64,000 nt of DNA from an uncultured delta proteobacterium (lineage in GTDB: Bacteria > Myxococcota_A > Polyangia > Polyangiales > Polyangiaceae). Below, piece after piece: positions 38,683 through 48,460 of the stretch (position 1 is its first letter; each line of letters opens with the position of its first letter). A program made the position numbers and the translations under genes. The notes beneath the pieces were generated by a model. That model ran no database searches, was not told where the DNA came from, and saw only the letters and a list, made by a program, of their open reading frames with translations. The stretch lies in contig CAWJCS010000005.1 of NCBI GenBank assembly GCA_963841435.1, forward strand, positions 928,001-992,000. Direction: 5' to 3'.

Positions 38683-40893
38683 GTGCCGGAGCTGAACGAG
38701 CCGCAACAACGGGCCGTGGTCCACGGTGAGGGACCGCTCCTGGTCTTCGCCGGAGCCGGCAGCGGGAAGACGCGAGCGATCACCTACCGCATCGCCAACC
38801 TGCTCGCGACGCACGGCGTGCCGCCGTTTCGCATCCTGGGCGTGACCTTCACGAACAAGGCGGCCGGCGAGATGCGCGAGCGCCTCACGGGGCTCGCGGG
38901 CGCCGAGGTCGTGCGCGACCTCTGGCTCGGCACCTTCCATTCGGTGTGCGCTCGCCTGCTGCGCCGCTACCACGAGAGCGCAGGGCTCGGGCGCGACTTC
39001 GTGATTTACGACGACTCGGATCAGAAGGCCGTGATGACGCGCGTGCTCCGCGATCTCGGCTACGACGACGACGCGCTGCCGCCCAAGCTCGTGCTGTCGC
39101 TCGTGAGCCGCGAGAAGCGCGAGGGGCGCGGGCCGGACCACCGCGAGAGCCAGGTCACCGATTCGGTGCGCCAGGCGTTCCGCGGCTACCAGCTGGCGCT
39201 TTCGCGGTCGAACGCCGTCGATTTCGACGATCTGTTGCTGTTCGTGCTGCGCGTGGCGGAAGACGAAACGAGCGTCGCCGGCGAGGAGCTCCGCGGCCGC
39301 TTCTCCTACGTGCTCGTCGACGAGTTCCAGGACACGAACCTCGTGCAGTATCGCATCGTGCGAGCGCTTTCCTCGCGCACGCGGAATCTCTGCGTCGTCG
39401 GCGACGACGATCAGTCGATTTACCGCTGGCGCGGCGCCGACGTGCGACTCATCCGGAGCTTCCAGCAGGACTTCCCCGACGCGACGGTCGTCAAGCTCGA
39501 GCAGAACTACCGCTCGAGCGCCAACATCGTGCGTGCCGCGCTCGGCGTGATCGAAAAGGCCGCCCAGCGCGTCCCCAAGAAGCTGTGGACGGCGGCGGAC
39601 GCGGGCAACCTCGTCGTCGTGCGCGCGGTTCGCGACGAGCGCGAGGAAGCTCAGGCCGTCGTGAGCGGCATCAAGAAGCTCACGGCGAACGGCGTGTCGG
39701 CCGACCAGGTCGCCGTCTTCTACCGTGTCCACGCGCAATCGCGCGCGCTGGAAGAGGCCTTGCGCGCCCACAATCTGCCCTACCAGATCATCGGAGGCCT
39801 GCGCTTCTTCGAGCGGGCCGAGGTGAAAAACCTCATCGCTTACCTCAGGCTCGTCACGAACCCGAGGAGCGACGCCGACCTCGAGCGCATCATCAACGTG
39901 CCGGCGCGTGGCCTCGGCGACAAGACCGTCGAGCGGCTCAAGGACCTCGCGGCCGAGCGCACCCTCAGTCTCTACGAGGCCGTGGCCATGGCCCTTCGCG
40001 GCTCGGATCTGCCGACGGCGGCGAAGAAGAAGCTCGACGCGTTCCGCTCGCTCATGGAGGACCTGAGGCGGCAAGCAGCCGACCTTTCGCCGAGCGAGCT
40101 CGCCGAGCTCGTGCTCGAACGTTCGGGTTACAAGAAGATGCTCGTCGATGCCGACGACGCCGAAAGCGACGCGCGTCTCGGCAACCTCGAGGAGGTCGTG
40201 GGCGCCATCGCCGACTACGAGGAGGACGCTGCAGAGCAGGGGGAGGAGCCGTCGCTCGTCGGCTGGCTCGAGCGCATCACGCTCGCCGCGGCGGCCGACG
40301 CCCTCGAGGACGCGCCCAAGGTTTCATTGATGACGGTGCACACCGCCAAGGGGCTCGAGTTCCGCGGCGTGTTCATCACGGGGATGGAGGAGGAGATCTT
40401 TCCCTACCGGGGCGTGAGCGGTCGGGAGCCCGAGGAGCTCGACGAGGAGCGGCGGCTCGCGTACGTCGCCATCACGCGCGCGCGGGAGCACCTCACGATC
40501 ACGCACGCGGGCATGCGCTCGCTGTTCGGCACGACGCGCTACCTCGAGCCGAGCCGCTTCCTCGCCGACATGCCACCGGACGTCGTGCGGCTCGAGGGCA
40601 GCGTCGCCGAGCTCCGGAGCTCGGGGCCTTCGGGGTACGGCTCGTACCGGGCGCCCACCCTGGCGCCCGGTACGCGCATCGTCGAGCGGGACGAGGCGCC
40701 GCCGGACGACGACGACGAGGGCTTGCGGCCGGGCGATCGCGTGCGGCACCAGCGCTACGGAACCGGGGTCGTCGAGCGGGTCGAGCAGGGTTCGGCGCCC
40801 ACGGTGGTCGCCCGGTTCGGCATCCACGGGTCGCGGCGGATCCTGGCCTCGTATCTCACGCTGGATCGCCGCGCCCGTCGCGACGTATGGTGA
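38683..40893 (+). CDS. uvrD: UvrD/PcrA superfamily 1 helicase
   Basis: AGAGSGKT, TFTNKAA, VDEFQDTN, VGDDDQSIY, LEQNYRS, HTAKGLEF, EERRLAYVAITRA. Confidence 0.95.
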   Translation: MPELNEPQQRAVVHGEGPLLVFAGAGSGKTRAITYRIANLLATHGVPPFRILGVTFTNKAAGEMRERLTGLAGAEVVRDLWLGTFHSVCARLLRRYHESAGLGRDFVIYDDSDQKAVMTRVLRDLGYDDDALPPKLVLSLVSREKREGRGPDHRESQVTDSVRQAFRGYQLALSRSNAVDFDDLLLFVLRVAEDETSVAGEELRGRFSYVLVDEFQDTNLVQYRIVRALSSRTRNLCVVGDDDQSIYRWRGADVRLIRSFQQDFPDATVVKLEQNYRSSANIVRAALGVIEKAAQRVPKKLWTAADAGNLVVVRAVRDEREEAQAVVSGIKKLTANGVSADQVAVFYRVHAQSRALEEALRAHNLPYQIIGGLRFFERAEVKNLIAYLRLVTNPRSDADLERIINVPARGLGDKTVERLKDLAAERTLSLYEAVAMALRGSDLPTAAKKKLDAFRSLMEDLRRQAADLSPSELAELVLERSGYKKMLVDADDAESDARLGNLEEVVGAIADYEEDAAEQGEEPSLVGWLERITLAAAADALEDAPKVSLMTVHTAKGLEFRGVFITGMEEEIFPYRGVSGREPEELDEERRLAYVAITRAREHLTITHAGMRSLFGTTRYLEPSRFLADMPPDVVRLEGSVAELRSSGPSGYGSYRAPTLAPGTRIVERDEAPPDDDDEGLRPGDRVRHQRYGTGVVERVEQGSAPTVVARFGIHGSRRILASYLTLDRRARRDVW

Positions 40894-40897
40894 GGTC

Positions 40898-41209
40898 GTG
40901 AACAAACGCCTCGCCTTCCTCGAGCAGGCCACGAGCTCGGGCAGCGCGGACTCGTTCGCGTGGTACGCGCTCGCCCTCGAGTACCGGAGGGAGGGGCGTG
41001 TCGATGACGCGCTCGGGGCCTTCCGGTCGCTCCGGGAACGCGACCCGGCGTACCTTGCGCAGTACCTGATGGCGGGCCAGATGCTCGTCGAAGCGGGACG
41101 CGGCGGCGAGGCGCGCGAATGGCTCGAGGCCGGCATGGTGCATGCCCGAGCGCGCAGCGACACAAAGACGCTGGGGGAGCTCGAAGCCGCCTTGTCCGAA
41201 GCAGAATGA
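40898..41209 (+). CDS. Small TPR protein
   Basis: FAWYALALEY...DPAYLAQYLMAGQ. Confidence 0.8.
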   Translation: MNKRLAFLEQATSSGSADSFAWYALALEYRREGRVDDALGAFRSLRERDPAYLAQYLMAGQMLVEAGRGGEAREWLEAGMVHARARSDTKTLGELEAALSEAE

Positions 41210-42258
41210 CGCTCATGGTCCGCCGGAAGAGCCCGATGAACGTGGAGCTCCGGCGCATGCTCGTGGCGCTGACCGTGTTCGTGAGCACGATCACGGCCGG
41301 CGGCGGCGCGCTCTACGTGCTCGGCGAGGGCGACTACTCGTTCGGCGAGTCCGTGTACTTCGCGCTCATCACGGCCGCGAGCGTCGGCTTCGCCGAGCTG
41401 CCGGGCATGGCCCACCGCTCCGACCTGCGCATCGTCACGAGCCTCATGATCGTGACCGGTGTCGGCACCATTGCATTCTTCCAGTCCACCCTGACCGCGC
41501 TGCTGGTCGAGGGGGTGATTGGCGAAACGTTCCGGAGGCGCTGGATGACGAACAAGATCGACTCTCTACGGGGCCACCTGGTGGTGGCCGGCTGCGGCCG
41601 CACCGGGCGCTACATCGTCGAGGAGCTCGTGGCGATTCAGCGCGAATTCGTGCTGGTCGATCGCGACGAGGAAACGCTGCGGCGCATGAACGACGAGCTC
41701 GGCGGGGCGCTGCTCTACGTCGTCGGCGACGCCACCGACGACCACATCCTGATGCTCGCCGGCGTCAACCGGGCACTCGGCGTGATGGCCGCTCTCACCG
41801 AGGATCGCGACAATCTATTCATCGTCATGTCCGCGCGAGCGCTGAACCCGAAGGCGCGCATCGTGTCCAAGGTCATCGAAATCGAGAACGAATCGAAGAT
41901 CCGACGTGCCGGCGCCGACCAGACCATCAGCCTGCACCGGATGGGCGGCCAGCGCATGGTGAGCGAGCTCGTGCGCCCCAAGGTCACGAGTTTCTTGGAC
42001 AACATGCTGCGCGTCACGAAGAACCTGCGCTTCGAAGAGGTGGAGCTGCCCGAGGGGTCGCGCTACGTCGGAAAGACGTTGCGCGAAATCCCGATCCGGC
42101 AGGAAACTAGGCTGCTCGTCGTGGCTCTGCACGAAGAAGACGATCGCTACATCTACAATCCTTCCCCCGATCACGCCTTGCTCGCGGGCACGCGGCTCAT
42201 CGTGATGGGTGAGCTCGATGGCGTGGAAAAGCTGAGGAACCTCGTCAGTAGGCACTGA
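41206..42258 (+). CDS. Potassium channel protein with TrkA-N/TrkA-C (RCK) domains
   Basis: Two TMs with pore loop YFALITAASVGF, VAGCGRTG, GDAT, GKTLRE. Confidence 0.9.
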   Translation: MTLMVRRKSPMNVELRRMLVALTVFVSTITAGGGALYVLGEGDYSFGESVYFALITAASVGFAELPGMAHRSDLRIVTSLMIVTGVGTIAFFQSTLTALLVEGVIGETFRRRWMTNKIDSLRGHLVVAGCGRTGRYIVEELVAIQREFVLVDRDEETLRRMNDELGGALLYVVGDATDDHILMLAGVNRALGVMAALTEDRDNLFIVMSARALNPKARIVSKVIEIENESKIRRAGADQTISLHRMGGQRMVSELVRPKVTSFLDNMLRVTKNLRFEEVELPEGSRYVGKTLREIPIRQETRLLVVALHEEDDRYIYNPSPDHALLAGTRLIVMGELDGVEKLRNLVSRH

Positions 42259-42261
42259 GAC

Positions 42262-43275
42262 ATGGCGATCGTCACGACCTTCGGGGAGATCATGTTGCGT
42301 CTCAAGACGCCGGGTTACTCGCGTTTCGGCCAGGCGACGGAGCTCGAGGCGACTTTCGGCGGCGGCGAAGCCAACGTCGCCGTCAGCCTGGCGCAGCTCG
42401 GACACGTGGCGCGCTGGGTCTCGGTGGTGCCGAAGAACGCCATCGGCGACTGGGCGCTCGCGGAGCTGCGCAAGGTGGGGGTCGACGTGAGTCACGTCCT
42501 GCGGCAAGGCGAGCGGCTCGGCATCTACTTTTTGGAGGCGGGGGCGAGCCAGCGCGCGTCCCTCGTGGTCTACGACCGGGCGCGCTCGTCGATGAGCGCC
42601 GTCACGCCGGACGACCTCGATTTCGACCGCGCGCTCAAGGGCGCCAAGTGGTTCCACACCACGGGCATCACACCCGCACTCTCGCAGGGCTCGGCCGACG
42701 CCATGCTGAAGGCGTTGCTCGCCGCCAAGGGCGTCGGCTGCACCACCTCGGTGGACCTGAACTATCGAAAGAAGCTCTGGTCGTCGGCGCGCGCCGGCGA
42801 GGTCATGTCGAAGGTGATGGGGCATACCGACGTGCTCGTGGCGAGCGAAGAGGATTGCGAGCAGGTGTTCGGCATCCGCCCGAGCCCCGCGGCGGGCGCA
42901 GGCCGCGAGCGCTACCTCGATGTCGCGGCGCAGGTCCTCGCCCGTTTCCCGGGCATCTGGTGCGTCGCCTTCGCGCTCCGCGACAACCAGAACGCCAGCA
43001 AGACGGGCTGGAGCGCGCTGCTCGCGGATCGTCAGGGCCACGCCTTCAGCAAGAGCTACGACATCAACGTGGTCGATCGCGTCGGAGCGGGAGATTCGTT
43101 CGTGGCGGGGCTCGTGCACGCCCTGCTCGCCGGGCGCGACCAGCGGGCCGCCGTGGAGTTCGCCGCGGCGGCGTCGGCGCTCAAGCACTCGTTCCAGGGC
43201 GACGCGAACCTGGCGACGCTCGACGAGATCGAGCGCCTCGCATCGGGCGACGCTTCGGGCCGCGTGCAACGCTGA
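42262..43275 (+). CDS. kdgK: PfkB sugar kinase (2-keto-3-deoxygluconate kinase-like)
   Basis: FGEIMLRL, GGGEANVA, DLNYRKKLW, DRVGAGDSF. Confidence 0.85.
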   Translation: MAIVTTFGEIMLRLKTPGYSRFGQATELEATFGGGEANVAVSLAQLGHVARWVSVVPKNAIGDWALAELRKVGVDVSHVLRQGERLGIYFLEAGASQRASLVVYDRARSSMSAVTPDDLDFDRALKGAKWFHTTGITPALSQGSADAMLKALLAAKGVGCTTSVDLNYRKKLWSSARAGEVMSKVMGHTDVLVASEEDCEQVFGIRPSPAAGAGRERYLDVAAQVLARFPGIWCVAFALRDNQNASKTGWSALLADRQGHAFSKSYDINVVDRVGAGDSFVAGLVHALLAGRDQRAAVEFAAAASALKHSFQGDANLATLDEIERLASGDASGRVQR

Positions 43276-43276
43276 G

Positions 43277-43879
43277 CTACCCCTTGTCCACCCCTTCTGA
43301 CGACGATGCCCGCGGCTCGCGACGGCGGCGGCGGGCGCGAACGACGAGGTGCACGACGCCGGCCGTTACGCCGACGAAGAGGATGACGGCGAGCGCATGC
43401 TCCTCGAACTTCCGTGCGCGCTCCAAGGCGAGGGCAAACCCGCCACCGAACGCGTAGCCGGCGGCGGCGACGCTCGTCGCCCAGAGCGCGGCCCCGATGG
43501 CGTTGAGCGCGAGGAAACGCGGAATCGAGATGTGGCTCAGACCCGCCGCGAGCGGCACGGCGTTGCGGATGCCGTAGATGAAGCGAAAACCGATGAGGAG
43601 CGCGGTGCCACGTCGCTCGAGCAGCGCCGTCGCTCGAGCGACGCCCGCCGCGAGGCGCGGAAACCGGCCGATCAGCTTCAGACCATGCTCCCGACCGAGA
43701 AAGAAGGCGACCTGGTCGCCCGCGAGGCTGCCGCAGAACGCCGAGAGCATCACGACGGGCAGCGAGAGGTAACCCTGGTGCGCGGCGAAACCGCCCATCA
43801 CGAGGATGGTTTCCCCTTCGAAGAAGGTCCCCACGAGAATCGCGAGAAAGCCGTACTCGCGCAGTAGCTCGGCGAGCAT
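43277..43879 (-). CDS. DedA family membrane protein
   Basis: GTFFEGET, GDQVAFFLGR, RFIYGIR, FLALNAIGA. Confidence 0.92.
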   Translation of the reverse strand: MLAELLREYGFLAILVGTFFEGETILVMGGFAAHQGYLSLPVVMLSAFCGSLAGDQVAFFLGREHGLKLIGRFPRLAAGVARATALLERRGTALLIGFRFIYGIRNAVPLAAGLSHISIPRFLALNAIGAALWATSVAAAGYAFGGGFALALERARKFEEHALAVILFVGVTAGVVHLVVRARRRRREPRASSSEGVDKG

Positions 43880-43885
43880 GCCGCC

Positions 43886-46800
43886 TCAGGGACCAGGCTC
43901 GAGCGGGGGCGGCTCCGGCGGCGCGTGCGCGGAGATGAGGGGCTCCGAGGGCTCGAGCACGGCGCCGCTCGCCACGGCGAGCGCGTCGGCCGTGGCGTTC
44001 CCGAGAATGTCGCGCACGACGCGCCGACGCAAAAAGAGCCCCTTGAGCACCGGGTCGCGAATGAACGAGAGCAGCCGCCGCGCGTAGTCGGACGCACGCG
44101 CGCGCATCTCCTCGGCCTGCGGGGAGCCCGCCTTGCGCAACGCCTCGCAGCACAACGCGCGCGTGAACAGGCCGTACTCGGAGCCCTGCAGCGTCTCGAT
44201 GGCGCCCATGGCGGTCGTCGCGAGCAGGATTCCCGTGTGCTGCTCGCCCATTTCCACGCGCGCCGAGGCCTCGATCGCCATGGCGTAAAAGTGGAACGCC
44301 ACGTAGGCCTGTGCCTCGGCCGACTGGCGCGCGTCGAACGCGTGCATCACGGCCTTCGCAGGGTCGCCGGCGCGGCGCGCCAGCACGGCACGCAGGATTT
44401 TCTCGTGCACGGAATCGTAGGCGCTGCCGGTGACGGCGGTGAGCGCGCCGGCGTCGCCGACGAGCATCTCGGCGCCGTCGACGTCGTCGCACTCGAGCAC
44501 GATCTCCGCGAGCGAGAGCAGCGTGTCGGCGCGCGAGTCCTGCTCACCATAGCGCTCGTGGGCCTCGCGCGAGCGGCGCATGTACGCGAGCCCGCGCGCG
44601 TAGTCGCCCAGCGCGACGTAGCACTCGCCGATCGTGCTGAGCGTCTTCGCGATCTGAAAGCGCCCGCCGACCGCGAGATCGATGCTGATGGCGTCGAGCG
44701 CCAGCATGATGCCGTCCTCGAAGCGCCCGAGCACGAGCAGCGCGTAGGCGAGCGAGTTCTTGGCGCGGGCCTCGAGGCGGCGCGCGCCGACCTGGCGGAA
44801 CACGGCGACCGCCTCGGCCTGCGCTTCCATCGCCTCGTGCACGCGCCCCACGCGCCGGAGCAGCGTGCCGCGCAGCCTCAGCACCTCGGCGCGCTGGCGC
44901 GCTGGCACCTCGTTCGTGTCGGCGGTCGAGAGCGCGCGATCGACCGCGGCGAGCGCGCCCTGCATGTCGCCGAGATCATGCAGGGTCTCGGCGATCAGCG
45001 CGCGGGCCCGCACCTCGAGCCCTGCCGAGCCCGCCTGCGTGGCGACGAGCTCGCCGCGCTGCGCGCTCTCGAGACCCTTGGCGAGCCGCCCCGAGTCGAG
45101 CTCGAACTGCGCCGTCGCGAGCAACGCCGTCGCGACCCAGCGCGGGCTCTTCTTTTGGCGGGCCAGCTGCCTGAGCGAACGCAGGTGTGAGCGCCGCTCG
45201 CGCCAGCGACCCTGCATGCGAAAAAGCGCCTCGAGCGCTTCGTGGGCTTCGAGCGTCCCCGTGTCGCCGTCGGGCAGGAGCGCCACGGCGCGGCGGTAGT
45301 AGCGACGGGCAAGCGCGAGCTGATGGCTGTTGCGCGCGGTATGTCCGGCCTCGAGAAACAGCGCCCCCGCCTGCTCGCGTGCGCCGCCGCGCGCGAGATG
45401 CTTCGCGACGACGGCGGCGGTGAGGCCCTTGGCGAGCGGCGTCTCGAGCAACAGCATGCCGATGTCGTGGTGCATGCGGGAGCGGCGCCGGCGATCCAGC
45501 GTGCGGTAGGCAACGTCGCGCGTCAGCGGGTGGCGCACGTCGACGACCTCGCCGCGCTCGTCGCACAGCCCGCGCTCGCCGAGACGCGCCACGAGCTCGT
45601 CGGAGGTGGGGCCGGACAGCGACGTCGAGATCGCGACGCGAAAGCGGCCCGCCTGCCACCGCGAGCCACTCGACGAGCGCGCGCTCCTCGGGCGGCAGCT
45701 CGTTGAGGCGGTCGGCGATGAGCTGCTCGAGCGTCGAGGGAAGCGGCACGGCTGGCTGCCCGGGGCGCTCGACTTGCACGAGCTCCTGCCGGTGATCGGG
45801 GCGTTCGCGAATCTCGAGCTGCCCACGCTCGAGCAGTGTGTCGACCATCTCGAGCAGGAAGAACGGATTGCCGGCGGCACGCGGCACGAGATCGGCGCAA
45901 GCCTGGGCGACGCCCGCCGTGACGCCGAGGCGCGCCTGCAGGAGCCGGACCTGGTTCTCGCTGCTGAGGCCCTTGAGATCGACGCGCACCAGCCCGTGGA
46001 TGGAGCCCGCCGTGCGCTCGTCGGGGCGCGTCGTGAAGAGCGCGAGCACGGGCAGCGGGTCGCCCTGGCGCAGGAAATCCGTGAACGGCTCGAGGCTCTG
46101 ACGGTCGCACCACTGCACGCCGTCGAGCACGGTGACGAGCGGCCCCGACTGCGTCGCCACGGCGACGAGGCCGCGCAGCGCGAGAGCGATCATCTGTCGC
46201 ACGCGGGCGGCGTCGGCGTCGGCGTCGTCAGCGGCTTCACGCACGTACCCCGTGCAGAGCTCGGCGACGAACGTCGCGATTTCGAGCGCCTCGTCGTCCT
46301 CGGGATCGCCAAGCGCGCTCATGACGAGGGCGATGGCTTCGTCGAGCGCTTGATCGACATGGGTGTCGGTGAGCTCGCGGAACCAGTCGCTCACGGTGGC
46401 GTGCGGCACCTCGCTGAGCGCCGGCGTGCACTCGATGCAGACGAGACGCGCGTCGGGTGGCAAGTCCGAAAGGAACGCCGAGACGAGCGCCGTCTTGCCG
46501 ATGCCCATCTCACCGTGCACGACGCGCGCGGCGACCCTGGGTGGCGACTGCTCGGAGCCGACCGCCCCGTAGTAGGCCGAGTGCAAGTCCGCGAGCTCGG
46601 CGTCGCGGCCCACGAGGTCGCTCGGCAGGGACTGCAGTGTCTGGAGCCGCTCCTCGCGCGTGTGGGGCCTGAGCAGCGAGTAAATGCGGAGGTTTGGGGG
46701 CAAGCCGAGCCGCTCGTACTCGGCAATCTTCACGGTGGGCGCGTCGCCCCACACGAAGTCTCGACGCACGAGGCGGTAGAGCCCGCCCGCGACCCAGCTC

Positions 46801-48386
46801 ACGCCGGGCGGCGCCTGCTCACCGAGCAGGTCCGACAGATGATTGGCGGACTCCTGAAGCTCGTGCTGGATGAGGTGCCCTGCCTTGTCGCGCTTGCCCG
46901 TGGCGATGCCGCGGACGATGCCGACGCTCGCCGACAGTCGCACGGGCAGATCCTCGGTGCTGCCGCGCACGACCTCGTGCACGTCGATGGCGAGCCAGAC
47001 CGCGTCGGCGGGCGCCCGCGAGGGGTTCGCCATGAGGCCCACGACGGCGCGCGCCGACGTGGACGCTCCCGTGGACGCGGTCTCCCACGCCCAGCGCGCA
47101 CCGCGGCGGAAGGCCGCTTCGCCGAGCGTCGCCTTGAGCTGGGCGAACACGCGCATCGCCTGCGACTCGCCCAGCGCTTCCGAGAGCTCCTTCAGCCCAT
47201 GGACCTTCACCGTCACGATGGCCACGTGGCGGACCTCGCGATTCGAGCGCTCGCGCCCCTCCTGGCCGGGTCCGCCCGGGCCCGTCCGCTCGTCGGCGCG
47301 CGCGTCGGTCGACGCGGTGCCCTTCGTCTGCAAGACGGAAAGCCCGACGTTGGCCTCGCTGCCGAGCTGGCTCTCGTGCAGCTTCTCGTTGCCCTTCGGC
47401 TCGACGGGGGCCATCTGCTCGTGGCCCACGAAGTCGGCAATCACCGTCTCGAGCACGTGGGCGTCCACGAGCTGCTGGCGCTGGAACAGGGCCCGGCTGA
47501 TGCTGCTCGCCAGGTCGCGCGCCGTTTCGAAGCGATCTTCGGGAATTTTCGCGAGCGCGCGCATCGCGATTTCCTCGAGCTCGCTCGGCAGCTCGCGCAC
47601 GAACGTGCTCGGCGGCTCGACGACGCCCGCCCTCACGAGGTCGAGCAGCTCCGGCCCCTCGGCGGCACCGTGCAGCGAACGACCCGTGAGCAGCTCGTGG
47701 AAGACCACGCCGAGGGAATAGATGTCGGTGCGACGCGACACCTTCTCGCCACGGGCCTGCTCGGGCGACATGTACGCGGTCTTGCCCTTGAGCACGCCGG
47801 GCTCCTCGCGAAACAGATTCGCGGTGGCGATGCCGAAATCGGCTATTTTGACGGCCCCATCGAGCGACAAGAGGATGTTCTGCGGGGAGACGTCGCGGTG
47901 CACGATGTCGAGCGGTCGGCCGGCTTCGTCCTTGCGCTCGTGGGCGTAATGCAGGCCCTTGGCGACCTCGGCCACGACGTACGCCGCGACGAACGGCGGG
48001 ATGCGGCGATTCTGTCCCTGCGCGAGCCGCACCAGCCGCTTGAGGTCGGGACCCTCGACGAACTCCATGCTGAGGAGCTGCCCCTCGTCGCCGTAGTCCT
48101 GAAAGTCGTAGACCTGGACGATGTTCGGGTGGTTGAGGCGCGTGGCAAGCTGCGCCTCCTCGGCGAACATGCTCCGAAAGCGGCGTGACTCGCCGAACGC
48201 CGGCAGGATGCGCTTGAGGACGAGCAGCTTGAAGGTGCCCTCCGCGCCACGTTTCTTGGCGAGAAACACCTCGGCCATGCCGCCCGCGCCCAGACGTCGG
48301 ACGATCTCGAAGTCCGCAAGCCGCTTCGGAGGGGGCTTCGGCGACGGCTTGGACGCAGGTTTGGGCGGCGGGGAGGAGTCGCTCAT
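43886..48386 (-). CDS. Ser/Thr kinase + degenerate cyclase-like domain + AAA/STAND ATPase + TPR (frameshift ~45620)
   Basis: LGAGGMAEV, HRDVSPQN, DFG, GEMGIGKT, GNPFFL in the 44976 ORF frame; HPLTRDVAY and TPRs in the 43886 frame. Confidence 0.88.
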
Positions 48387-48460
48387 CGGGCGCACGGGCT
48401 GGGTGGCGCGAGCGGTGAACCTTACCGCGACCCAAAGAGCCGGTGTAGACTCGCTGCCGC

